From: Phycisphaerales bacterium
GTDB lineage: Bacteria > Planctomycetota > Phycisphaerae > Phycisphaerales > UBA1924
DNA length: 64,000 bases
Direction of reading: 5' to 3'
Assembly (NCBI GenBank): GCA_029260475.1
Contig: JAJDDE010000124.1
Location: 10,335 to 74,334, forward strand
Part shown: positions 16,896-25,708 of the stretch, in pieces
How positions within the stretch are numbered: position 1 is the stretch's first letter
Layout of the letters: every line of letters begins with the position of its first letter
Program-made: the position numbers and the translations under genes
Notes under the pieces: model-generated
Database searches by the model: none
What the model was told of the DNA's origin: nothing
The model's input: the letters and a program-made list of their open reading frames with translations, nothing else

Positions 16896-19294
16896 ATCGC
16901 GACGCGAGACGCCACCGCCTCGATGCGCACAACACACTCCGCGTGCTCCCCCCAGCTCGGCAGCGCACGCAACCGGCGCACCGCGTCGGTAATCGCCTGC
17001 GAGCGAGAGCCGTCCTCGTTCTGACGCTCGAGGATCTCCAGCATCCGCGCCCAGGCGTGCCAGTGCTCGCGTGTAGCGCGCATCTCTGCGGACGCGCTGA
17101 GTCCGTTCGCCAGCGTTCGGAACACCGCGAACGCCTGAGCCTCTGCTCCAGAACGGAGCAGCGCCTCGCCCCGCAGCAGCCTCAGCCGCGACGATCGTTC
17201 GTCATCGCACGCCGAGAGCCGCTCGATCGCCTCGTCCGGCATACCCGCCCGGATCAGCAGCGCCGTGTCCCGTGCGCACCCGAGAGCCGTCTCGGGTCGG
17301 CTCCCCGAGCCCAGACGCCCGCGCACAAGCGCGTACCTCGCTTCAAGCAGTAGGCGCTCTGTCACCGGGGCCTCATCTCCTACGAAGGACCGCGTGAGGC
17401 CATCCGCAAGATCGGTGTCGGGGGTGAAGGGCGCGCCGGGGAGCAGGAACACCGGGTTCGGATCGGCCAGGAGCCCGCGCAACGTCGTCGCCGCGCCAGC
17501 CACATCGCCCGTCATCACCTGCGCGTGCGCACGAACCCGCCGGATCGAACCCAGGTACGCGCGCGACGCGTGCTCGTCGAGCCGTTCGGGTGAATCGGCG
17601 GGCAGGAGCACCGCCAGCGCCGCCTCCGCATCGCCGAGCACCAGCATCGCATCGGCGGCGTAGACGTCCCAGGGGCGCGACGACTCCGCACCGGAGCGCT
17701 CCTCCGCCGCCGCATCGCGTTCTGTACCGATGTGCTTCGCAAGCGCGAGCGTTTCGCGAGCGAGTCCCGCTCGCCCCGCATGCTCGGGCGACAGCGCCCG
17801 CAACGCAGCGCCGCGCACGCGCAGCGCTCCGTATGGGGCGAACGGCGATCCGCTCGACGCAAACACCTCGTTCGCCTCATCCACAAGGCTCAGAGCGCGC
17901 TCCGGCGTCACCCGGCGCTCCAGTTCCTCGAGCAGCGCAAGGCCCAGCACATCAACGGGCCCACCCTCAGGGTCCCGCAGAACGGGAAGCCGAGCGACAA
18001 GCAGCGCGTACCACCGCTCGCGCGACTTCGCGTCGAGCCACCCCGCCCGGTTCGCACCGCGGAGCCGCTCGTACGCGGCCCAGACATCGGGGTACTCCTC
18101 AACCTCTTCGAGAAGAGTCAGCAGCACCGCAACGCCCTCGTTGCTCAACCGGACATCGGCGCCGCCGATCGCGCTCACGCCGAACCAGTGCGACGAATGC
18201 ACCCATACGTTCGGATCGTCGGCCCGGGCCAGCTTCGCCGCCAGATACGCGCCGCGCAGCCACTCGATCGAGTCCGCCCCGCGCGGAACATCGAGCCCCT
18301 TCGCGAGCCGGATCGACACGGGCAGCCGGTCCATCGCCCCGATCCCGCCGAGCCGATCCCCCACAGCAGCCAGCGAGGGCCCGAGCGCACGCCACCGCGT
18401 GCGCTGACGCTCATCGCCCATCGCCTCCCGGAACGCCCGGTCGTGCCGAGCGACGACATCCTCGAGCGGAGCACCCCGGCGCCGTTCGAGCTCGAAGGCG
18501 ACGTCGAGGACCGGCACCGCGAGCGCGAGGTCGAGTGAGGCAGGCTCCGCGGCGAGCAGTCGATCGACGAACGCGAGCGCCGTCAGCGGGTCCATGCCGG
18601 ACTCGACGCGAGACAGCAGCGCCCCGAGCGTGATCTCCAGCGGCAACGATCGCTCGATGCGCTCGCCGGACCTCCCGTCGGTCGCCCTCCGTGCGCGTTC
18701 GTACTGACCGATCGCCTCGTCGTGCTGTCCCAGCAGGCGCAGCGCGTGACCGCGCGTGACGTACAACTCCGCGCTCTCGCTCAGCGACGCCTCCGCGTAC
18801 GCCAGCGCCGCCAGCGCAAGGCGACGCGAGGTGTCCGGGTCATCCCGCTGCAACGCGACCGACGCGAGCACCGCGCCGCGGGCGCCGAGCAGCGGGTACA
18901 CCGTCTCCAACTCCAGCGCAAGCCGGTCGGCCGCAGCCTCGTCGAAGACCACGCCCGACGGCGCACCCTCATCGAGCCAGAGCGGGATCGCTGACGTCGC
19001 GCGATCGCTCGTTTCGATCGCGAAGAGCGCCCAGGACAGCAGGTCATCGCGATGACGCGTCGCGAGCAGTTCGGAGACGGTCTCGCGCCACCCCCGACCC
19101 CAGACGAGATTCTCCGCCTCCAGCCGCTGCGTGCCAAAGGCATCGGCTGCCTCCGAACGGGCATCGTGCTCCTGCCGCTCGGTCGGGACGAGCGTGCGCA
19201 GGAGCGACGCCGGGCTGTACGCCGGCGGCTCGGCGTGAGCGCACGCCGAGGACAGCATCACGAGCAGCGAGGTGAGCAGGGCGCGGCGTCTCAT
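16892..19294 (-). CDS. Secreted TPR-like repeat protein, last gene of the Exb operon
   Basis: Track ORF is 16892..19525. The start is taken at ATG 19294 (MRRRALLTSLLVMLSSACAHAEP, a signal peptide), 1 nt after the upstream ExbD stop. About 800 aa, Ala/Leu/Arg-rich and helical-repeat in character. Its stop shares TTAA with the putA stop. Confidence 0.7.
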   Translation of the reverse strand: MRRRALLTSLLVMLSSACAHAEPPAYSPASLLRTLVPTERQEHDARSEAADAFGTQRLEAENLVWGRGWRETVSELLATRHRDDLLSWALFAIETSDRATSAIPLWLDEGAPSGVVFDEAAADRLALELETVYPLLGARGAVLASVALQRDDPDTSRRLALAALAYAEASLSESAELYVTRGHALRLLGQHDEAIGQYERARRATDGRSGERIERSLPLEITLGALLSRVESGMDPLTALAFVDRLLAAEPASLDLALAVPVLDVAFELERRRGAPLEDVVARHDRAFREAMGDERQRTRWRALGPSLAAVGDRLGGIGAMDRLPVSIRLAKGLDVPRGADSIEWLRGAYLAAKLARADDPNVWVHSSHWFGVSAIGGADVRLSNEGVAVLLTLLEEVEEYPDVWAAYERLRGANRAGWLDAKSRERWYALLVARLPVLRDPEGGPVDVLGLALLEELERRVTPERALSLVDEANEVFASSGSPFAPYGALRVRGAALRALSPEHAGRAGLARETLALAKHIGTERDAAAEERSGAESSRPWDVYAADAMLVLGDAEAALAVLLPADSPERLDEHASRAYLGSIRRVRAHAQVMTGDVAGAATTLRGLLADPNPVFLLPGAPFTPDTDLADGLTRSFVGDEAPVTERLLLEARYALVRGRLGSGSRPETALGCARDTALLIRAGMPDEAIERLSACDDERSSRLRLLRGEALLRSGAEAQAFAVFRTLANGLSASAEMRATREHWHAWARMLEILERQNEDGSRSQAITDAVRRLRALPSWGEHAECVVRIEAVASRVAI

Positions 19295-19295
19295 C

Positions 19296-19781
19296 TCAAC
19301 GTTCCTCCCCGCCCAACTCGACACGCTCGAACCCCGCATTGCGCAGCGTTCGGTACACCACCACAGCGTGCTCCCAGCGCGCGTCAGGCGCGGGCCTGAC
19401 GATGATCGCGTGCCGAGCCCCGAGCAGCTCAGCCGCATCCGCAACCTCATCCTCAAACGAGGTGCCAGCGCCGAACAGCGTGCGCTCGGATTCGATGGAG
19501 AACGCCAGCGGGTCGGGCCCTTCACTGGTGACCGTCAGCACCGTCGGCACCTCCGGGAGCGCGAAGGGATCCGCCGCCTCGTCGCTGCGCTGGGCGACGT
19601 CCAGCCCCGCGAGCGACGCGGGGCGCGCAAAGTCCGCGACGAGCACGAAGTAGATCAGCAGCAGGAAGACCACGTCGATCATCGGCGTCATGTTGAGGTG
19701 CATCGTGGGCGTGCCGGCCCGCCGGAGCATGGTGCGCCGCCGGCGCTCCGCGAGCGTGATGTCAGCGGGGCGCGCGCTCAC
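19296..19781 (-). CDS. exbD: ExbD/TolR-family biopolymer transport protein (second copy)
   Basis: Carries LNMTPMIDVVFLLLIYFVLVA. Its GTG start overlaps the upstream stop (GTGA). Confidence 0.88.
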   Translation of the reverse strand: MSARPADITLAERRRRTMLRRAGTPTMHLNMTPMIDVVFLLLIYFVLVADFARPASLAGLDVAQRSDEAADPFALPEVPTVLTVTSEGPDPLAFSIESERTLFGAGTSFEDEVADAAELLGARHAIIVRPAPDARWEHAVVVYRTLRNAGFERVELGGEER

Positions 19782-20191
19782 GGGCCGCCCTCCACCACGA
19801 GGTCCACCCGTTTCACGCCCGCCTCCCGGGCGGCGCCCAGCACAAGATCCGGCACCCGGTAGGGCGCCTCGCGGTCCGCGCGCAGGCGCACACGCTCCAG
19901 GCCGATCAGCCGAGCCGTCAGCGCGTCGAGGCCGGCGTCGTCGAGCGTGTACCAGCGCTCCCCCGCGAGTGCGCGCACGGGCGTCGCGTTGTGATCGATC
20001 TGCACGAGCAGCGTCCCGTCGCTCGTCGCCTCGGCACCCTGTTCCCGGGGCGGGTCGAGGTCCAGTGCGCGTGCGCGCGACAACTCCGCGACGAGCATGA
20101 AGAAGATGATCATCAGGAAGACCACGTCGATCATCGGCGTGAGGTTCACGATCAGCGTCCTCCGCCCCGCATCGCGCTCGCGCGTGCTCAC
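19778..20191 (-). CDS. exbD: ExbD/TolR-family biopolymer transport protein (first copy)
   Basis: Carries VNLTPMIDVVFLMIIFFMLVA. Its GTG start overlaps the ExbB stop (GTGA). Confidence 0.88.
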   Translation of the reverse strand: MSTRERDAGRRTLIVNLTPMIDVVFLMIIFFMLVAELSRARALDLDPPREQGAEATSDGTLLVQIDHNATPVRALAGERWYTLDDAGLDALTARLIGLERVRLRADREAPYRVPDLVLGAAREAGVKRVDLVVEGGP

Positions 20192-20901
20192 GCCTCGCTC
20201 GCCTTGCTGTCCAGAGCCTCGACCACGTGCTCCGCCTCGCGGATCGCCTCGACGATGAGCCCCTCGGTGCGGTTGCGCAGCAGCGCGTGCCCCGTCAGCG
20301 CAGGGATCGCGACCACGAGCCCCCAGAACGTCGTCGTCAGAGCCGTGCCGATGCCCGCCGCCAAACCGACCGCATCGGGCGTGCCCCCCGACGCCACGAT
20401 CTCGCGGAAGGCGACGATCATGCCGTACACCGTTCCGAACAGCCCGATCATCGGCGCGACGTTGCCGATGATCGACAGCGGCTCAATCGCGCGCATCTGG
20501 CGTAATAGCGCGGCCTCACCCTCCTGCTCCGCCGCCCGGATCGCCGCGTCTTCAGAGTGCGCGACCTCCTCGAGCGCGCTCGCGAGCACACGACCAAACA
20601 GCGTCGTCGAAGCCGCGGCCTCGCGAGCCCCGTTGCGTCCCTTGCGCGCCAGTTCCAGATCGCCCTGCGGGATCGCACCGCTCCGCCTGATGCGCATCGC
20701 GCCCGACACGAGCAGCGCGAGGCAGAGCACCGAGAGCGCCATCAGCAGCCACGTGATGCCCGAACCAAGCCACTCGACGTCGCCCGTCGAGGGGTGGCGC
20801 TGGATAAAAAAGGCGCTGGCGACGGAGGTCTCCGCGTCGTTCTGCGCGAAAGCGCCCGAGGGCAGCGCCAAGGTGAACAGCATCCATGCGTACCGTGTCA
20901 T
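20188..20901 (-). CDS. exbB: MotA/TolQ/ExbB proton-channel protein
   Basis: Has a signal/TM segment followed by IIGNVAPMIGLFGTVYGMIVAFREI and GIGTALTTTFWGLVVAIPAL. ATGA overlap with the upstream gene. Confidence 0.9.
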   Translation of the reverse strand: MTRYAWMLFTLALPSGAFAQNDAETSVASAFFIQRHPSTGDVEWLGSGITWLLMALSVLCLALLVSGAMRIRRSGAIPQGDLELARKGRNGAREAAASTTLFGRVLASALEEVAHSEDAAIRAAEQEGEAALLRQMRAIEPLSIIGNVAPMIGLFGTVYGMIVAFREIVASGGTPDAVGLAAGIGTALTTTFWGLVVAIPALTGHALLRNRTEGLIVEAIREAEHVVEALDSKASEA

Positions 20902-21863
20902 CGTGCTCCTTCGAGGAGTGTGGATCGTTCGAGGATGACGAGCCCGGCGCCCTCGCCGTGCAGGCGTGCGATCTCGGTCAGCGGATCGCCCACGCTGGGC
21001 GGTCCCACGCTCACCACGCCGATGATCGCACGCCGACGCCCCGTTCGCTCGTCGATCGGGTTCAGCGCGTCCAACTGAGAGAGAAAACCGTCGCGATTCG
21101 ATGACGCGTTGTCCGGGCTCGCGAGCAGGAAGACCGCATCGGGTTCCATCGCCAGCGCCCTCTCGAGCGCGAGCAGCAGGTCCGAACGCCCGCTGGGCGT
21201 GACCTCGGTCGCGAACCAGTCCGAGAGTCTCTGCGCACCCCGCGTGGTCGTGCGCACAAGGGCGTCCCCAGCCATCGCGACGATGCCCGAGGCCTCCCGG
21301 TCACCGTTCGCCGGGCGTCCCAGGGCCGCGATAACCGTCGCCTTCTGCGTAGCGTTGAGCGAGTGCAGCGAACGCTCGAGTTCCTTGGCGATCGCCGGGA
21401 AGAGCGCGATCGAGGAGCCCGATGCATCCACCACATACACGACACGCTTCGCGTCCGAGGCGCCGCTGCCGAAGAACTCGGCCTCGCGCCGGACCTCGGG
21501 CAGCGGGAGCGGTGCAGCTGAGTCCGGCACCGCGTCGTCCACTGATGCCGGTGGGAAGTCGAAGTCCGCCGGAGCGAGCATCACCGGCGCCGGAGCGATC
21601 GCACGCGGCTCGAACAACGCGTCGATCGGGCTCGTCGTCGCCTCCGGCTCAGGCGCAGTGCTGGTCCGGGCGGGCTCGGGCGTGAGCCCGGCGCTCTGGA
21701 ACACCACCGTCGTCGCGTCAGTCGCGTACGGCTCGTCCTCCTGCTGCTGGATGGACCACACCAGCGCCGTCCCCGCACCGATCACCGAGGCGTGCAGCGC
21801 GATCGACACCACCCAGCCAAGCGCCAGCCCAGGCCCCTTCGCGCTACCGCTGCGCTCAGGCAT
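20898..21863 (-). CDS. TonB-like N-terminal anchor (S-x3-H) + Pro/Ala-rich linker + von Willebrand A domain
   Basis: The N-terminal TM segment LGWVVSIALHASVIGAG has the same Ser-x-x-x-His spacing as E. coli TonB (SVCIH). The linker reads TPEPARTSTAPEPEATTSP...APLPLPE. The C-terminus has the MIDAS motif VVYVVDASGSS. No TonB C-terminal domain is recognisable. Confidence 0.7.
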   Translation of the reverse strand: MPERSGSAKGPGLALGWVVSIALHASVIGAGTALVWSIQQQEDEPYATDATTVVFQSAGLTPEPARTSTAPEPEATTSPIDALFEPRAIAPAPVMLAPADFDFPPASVDDAVPDSAAPLPLPEVRREAEFFGSGASDAKRVVYVVDASGSSIALFPAIAKELERSLHSLNATQKATVIAALGRPANGDREASGIVAMAGDALVRTTTRGAQRLSDWFATEVTPSGRSDLLLALERALAMEPDAVFLLASPDNASSNRDGFLSQLDALNPIDERTGRRRAIIGVVSVGPPSVGDPLTEIARLHGEGAGLVILERSTLLEGAR

Positions 21864-22686
21864 CGCCTTCGAGGGACTTGGATGTCTTCTTCTTGCGCCC
21901 GCCGAAGATCAGGCGGTCCACGCTGAACGCGCCCGCGCCCGAGAAGAAGAGCGCCTTGGCGGACGCCATGATGAGGAGCTGGAAGAAGAGCGTCTGGTAC
22001 GCGCTCGTCCAGGTCGCCGGGTCGTCGAGAGGCCAGGGCGGCAGGAATCCGACGAATGCGCCCGATTCGCCGAGCCACGGGCTGATCTGCGTCAGCCAGC
22101 ACGCGACGACCATCGTGCCCAGGATGGCGAGGGCCCACAGGCGCGTGAAGACGCCCAGCAGCAGGAAGAAGCCGCCGACGAACTCGGTGACCGCTGCGAG
22201 CCACGCCATGCGTTCGAGCCACGCCCCCGTAGACAGGAACCCGGGCCAGTGCCCGTCCTGTGCCGCGCCGTTCATCGCGAAGACGAGCCCGTACACGCGT
22301 CGCACCGATCGGAGGTTGGTGTCACCGGGTTCAGCAGCCGAATCACCGGCGGTGCTGTCGAACACTTCAGCAATACGGTCGAGTTCTTCGTCCCGTTCCT
22401 CTTGGGACTGGGTCTCCGTCTCGGGCTCCTCGTCCTGCGCACGGATCATCTCGAACGAGGGCGCTGACATCGCCCCGCCCGTCGCGTCGATCGGCGCAGG
22501 CGGTTGTGGCCCGCCCGGACGTACCTCGAGCACCTCCAGCGACACCAGCGTCGCCTCCTGCTCCCACGAGAGCTGGAAGTCGCTGTAGAACAGCTTGCCC
22601 GCCCCGTAGAAGAGGAAGATCAGCCCCAGCACCACGCGGAGCGTGAGCGGGGCCAGGTGCAGGGCGGCGTTCTGTCGGACAGCCAT
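21856..22686 (-). CDS. DoxX-family membrane protein with a long acidic insertion
   Basis: Carries LTLRVVLGLIFLFYGAGKL and AAVTEFVGGFFLLLGVFTRLWALAILGTMVVA. The central insertion is rich in E/D (EEPETETQSQEERDEELD). The start is taken at ATG 22686. 8-nt overlap with the downstream gene. Confidence 0.75.
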   Translation of the reverse strand: MAVRQNAALHLAPLTLRVVLGLIFLFYGAGKLFYSDFQLSWEQEATLVSLEVLEVRPGGPQPPAPIDATGGAMSAPSFEMIRAQDEEPETETQSQEERDEELDRIAEVFDSTAGDSAAEPGDTNLRSVRRVYGLVFAMNGAAQDGHWPGFLSTGAWLERMAWLAAVTEFVGGFFLLLGVFTRLWALAILGTMVVACWLTQISPWLGESGAFVGFLPPWPLDDPATWTSAYQTLFFQLLIMASAKALFFSGAGAFSVDRLIFGGRKKKTSKSLEGDA

Positions 22687-22801
22687 GGGCGTCCTCCGGG
22701 GCGGTAGGGGGTGTCGGGCGTCGGGCGCGACCGTGCGCGGGTACCCGCCCCTCATCCTACCGACCTCCCGCCCCGGGGCTCACCTAGAATCCCAGCACCA
22801 C

Positions 22802-22884
22802 GCGGGCGTGGCGGAATTGGCAGACGCGCGGGATTTAGGTTCCCGTGTCATTACGACGTGCAGGTTCGATCCCTGTCGCCCGCA
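22802..22884 (+). tRNA. tRNA-Leu (anticodon TAG)
   Basis: Sequence GCGGGCGTGGCGGAATTGGCAGACGCGCGGGATTTAGGTTCCCGTGTCATTACGACGTGCAGGTTCGATCCCTGTCGCCCGCA. The anticodon stem CGGGA/TCCCG has loop TTTAGGT. It has a long variable arm, a T loop TTCGATC and acceptor GCGGGCG/CGCCCGC. Confidence 0.9.
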
Positions 22885-23059
22885 TTCATCACACCCAACG
22901 CGATCCGCGTCCCTACCCGATAACCGGGTGGAGACCATCGCGATCAGGCGCACACCGTGCGCCCTCAGCCGTCACAACCCGCACATTCAGCACATTCCTC
23001 GCGCAGAACCGACACACAGCCCTCGACCAGAGCGTTGATACGACGGAGACTCCACACGC

Positions 23060-23392
23060 ATGCGCATCGAAGGCGACCCCATCCCGTTCCGCGCCGCCCA
23101 GGCCTACGGCGTCCCCGCCATCCCAGCGAACCTGCGCGTGGAGCCCGTCCGCCCAGTCCAGCGCCAGGTCTCCCCCTCGCGCATCGACGCCCCCGAGGTC
23201 ACCGTCGCCCCCTCCAAGGCAGACCGCCTCGTCGGTGCCATCGTGCCGGGCGGGATCGACTTCACCGACGTCCAGGCCGCCCCCAGCGCGCCCAAGCCCG
23301 TCCTGCCTTTCTACACCAGGCCGGGACAGCAGAACGAGGCCGCGACGAGCATCGTCGCCAACACCGGACGCTCCCTCGACGTCCGCGGCTGA
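23060..23392 (+). CDS. Hypothetical small protein
   Basis: 110 aa with very strong GC3 bias in this frame and an ATG start. No TM segment and no motif recognised. Confidence 0.55.
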   Translation: MRIEGDPIPFRAAQAYGVPAIPANLRVEPVRPVQRQVSPSRIDAPEVTVAPSKADRLVGAIVPGGIDFTDVQAAPSAPKPVLPFYTRPGQQNEAATSIVANTGRSLDVRG

Positions 23393-23408
23393 CCCCCCAA
23401 CGCCCGCC

Positions 23409-23762
23409 TCAGTTCTCGTCGTCCTCGTCGCCCCGCTCGACCTCGACTTCCAGCCCGTCGCCGTCTTCAACAACCTCGATCTCGTACCGCACGCCCTCCT
23501 TCGAGCCTTCGAACTCGTAGACGATGTCCCCGTGCTCAAGTTCGATCTCCGCACCCGTCAACGTGATCCCGGGCACAGCGTTCATCGCCGCATGACGGTA
23601 CCGCTCGGGCACGTCTCGCAGCGCGACGCGGGCTTCGTGCTCGCCCCCGTTGCACACCTCGCAGGTGGAGGAACAGCCTTGGAGCGAGCAGAGGGCGGCC
23701 GCCAAGCCCAGTGGCAGGAGCGTGGTGTGTGTGTTCAAGGTGGTTCTCCGGTAGATAGACAC
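23409..23762 (-). CDS. Lipoprotein with PepSY-like domain
   Basis: Lipobox LCSLQGC follows the signal peptide. The C-terminal GDIVYEFEGSKEGVRYEIEVVEDG is PepSY-like. It has an acidic tail and a GTG start. Confidence 0.65.
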   Translation of the reverse strand: MSIYRRTTLNTHTTLLPLGLAAALCSLQGCSSTCEVCNGGEHEARVALRDVPERYRHAAMNAVPGITLTGAEIELEHGDIVYEFEGSKEGVRYEIEVVEDGDGLEVEVERGDEDDEN

Positions 23763-23816
23763 GCGATCGGGCCCTCAGCGTAGCACCCGGGGCGGGTGGC
23801 CCACTACGCTGTACCC

Positions 23817-24920
23817 ATGCCGCCACAACTGCGTGACATCATCGGCCAGCCCCGCGCGATGGAGACCTTCCTGACCGCCGCCCGCTCGGGGCGGATCCAC
23901 CACGCCTGGATCCTCGCGGGCCCGCGTGGCGTCGGGAAGCGCACAGCAGCCGTCGCCTTCGCCAGCCTCCTGCTCGATCCGACGACCGCCCCCAACCTCG
24001 CGGGCGAACTCGAGCCCGAGGAGGGTTCGCACTGCCAGCGCCTCATCGACGCCGGCAACCACCCGGACTTCGCCATCGTCACCAAAGAGCTCGCCGCCCT
24101 CTCCGAAGACGCCGACGTCCGCAACCGCAAGCAGACGACCATCCCCAAGCAGGTCCTCGTCGAGCGTCTCATCGAGCCCAGCGCGCTCGCCGGCAGCGAT
24201 GCGACCAAACACGCCCTGGCCCGGCGTGTCTTCATCGTGGACGAGGCCGAACTCATGGGCCCGCCCTACGGCAGCAACCCCGCGCAGAACGCGCTGCTCA
24301 AAACGCTCGAGGAGCCGCCGCCGGGCGTGGTCATCATGCTCGTCACGAGCGACGAGAACCGCCTGCTCCCCACCATCCGCTCGCGCTGCCAGCGACTCAC
24401 CTTCGGACGGTTGTCCGACGACGAGATGGAGCGGTGGAGGAGCGAGCGCGCGGGCGACGCGGTACGGGCGCTGGAGGGCGAGCAGTGGGGGTGGATCAAG
24501 CGCTTCGCCGACGGCGCCCCGGGCGTCGCGACCACCGCCGCCGAGACCGGGCTCACGCAGTGGGCCGGTGCCCTCGAACCCCTGCTCGCGCAGCTCGAGC
24601 GGGGCAGCTTCAACGCAGACTTCGGCAAAATCGCCCACGACCTCGCCGACGCCTGGGCCAAGCAGTCCGTGAAGACCCGCGAGAAAGCGGGCGAGAACCC
24701 GTCGAAAGAGGCGGCCAACGCCGAGGCCCTGCGCCACCTCGTCAGCCTCATCGCCCACCGCCTCCGCGAACGCCTCCGCGCCACCGTCGAGAACGGGGGC
24801 GACCCCCAGCCCGCGCTCGATGCGATCAGAAGGATGCAAGAGGCCGAGAACGCCGCGAGCGCGCGCGTGCCGGTGGAGTTCGCCTTCGATTCCTTCGGCG
24901 CCGCGGTGGCGGCACACTGA
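23817..24920 (+). CDS. holB: DNA polymerase III delta-prime subunit
   Basis: Carries IIGQPRAMETFLTAARSGRIHHAWILAGPRGVGKRTAA, LLKTLEEPP and IRSRCQRLTF. The start is ATG 23817; the track begins at GTG 23796. Confidence 0.9.
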   Translation: MPPQLRDIIGQPRAMETFLTAARSGRIHHAWILAGPRGVGKRTAAVAFASLLLDPTTAPNLAGELEPEEGSHCQRLIDAGNHPDFAIVTKELAALSEDADVRNRKQTTIPKQVLVERLIEPSALAGSDATKHALARRVFIVDEAELMGPPYGSNPAQNALLKTLEEPPPGVVIMLVTSDENRLLPTIRSRCQRLTFGRLSDDEMERWRSERAGDAVRALEGEQWGWIKRFADGAPGVATTAAETGLTQWAGALEPLLAQLERGSFNADFGKIAHDLADAWAKQSVKTREKAGENPSKEAANAEALRHLVSLIAHRLRERLRATVENGGDPQPALDAIRRMQEAENAASARVPVEFAFDSFGAAVAAH

Positions 24921-24932
24921 ATACTCGCGTGG

Positions 24933-24955
24933 CATGCTCAAGCCGCTTGAGCATG
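24933..24955. terminator. Perfect 10-bp hairpin between convergent genes (possible bidirectional terminator)
   Basis: CATGCTCAAG (24933-24942), loop CCG, CTTGAGCATG (24946-24955). There is no U-tract on either strand. Confidence 0.35.
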
Positions 24956-25040
24956 AGCACTCCGCACACGCTGGGTGGGCCAGAACCGCGCTTCGCGGCT
25001 TCGGGCATCCGCCGATTCCGTCGGACGTGCTGTCGCCGTG

Positions 25041-25646
25041 CTAGGTACGAGCCCTGCCGCAGGCGGCGCACGATGTCGGGTCGTGGCTCGCGTGCGCGCG
25101 GTACCCGCATTCCGGGCAGTAGTAAGGCCTCGAACCGCGAAGACCACGGAAGTTCGAGTGTCTTCTTGTGAGGCACACAAACGCTGTGGAGGCAACGAGC
25201 AGCATGATCGCCGGGTAGGCCACGAAGTTTGCTGACAGGGCTGGCTGGGCACCAGCGCCGGTATCCATGTGCCCGAGGTCCGTGCCGATCCCGACGAGAC
25301 TCGCGATGGTGCAGGCCCCGAAGACGCACACCCACGCGGGCAGCAACGGGCGCATGATCGCGACGACCACAAATACATGGCCTCCGGTGACAAGGCCCAC
25401 ATAGACACCGCCGTATACGCCCATCAGTGTGCCGACCTGCAACACGCTGTTCGGCATCGTTGCGCCCTGCCCGAATTGCAGGCCCAGGGCATCCATCACC
25501 GTGCTGAATATCCATATCAGCACGGTCATTGCGACGACCGCGACGCAGATCGTGCCCAGCACCCCCAGCGGGTATCCGAGCAACGCGCCGACAATGATCC
25601 AGGTGATCGACGATGAGCGTGATCGAGTCGTCTCTCTGCGTGGCAT
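25041..25646 (-). CDS. Hypothetical polytopic membrane protein with C-terminal zinc ribbon
   Basis: 201 aa with 4-5 TM segments and a C-terminal YYCPECGYRAHASHDPTSCAACG (CxxC...CxxC). Less GC-rich than its neighbours. Confidence 0.6.
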   Translation of the reverse strand: MPRRETTRSRSSSITWIIVGALLGYPLGVLGTICVAVVAMTVLIWIFSTVMDALGLQFGQGATMPNSVLQVGTLMGVYGGVYVGLVTGGHVFVVVAIMRPLLPAWVCVFGACTIASLVGIGTDLGHMDTGAGAQPALSANFVAYPAIMLLVASTAFVCLTRRHSNFRGLRGSRPYYCPECGYRAHASHDPTSCAACGRART

Positions 25647-25708
25647 CGGTCGCTCCTGTCAGTGTGCGGCACCGGTCGGCGCTGGCGACGCCCAGACCGA
25701 GGTGTGCG

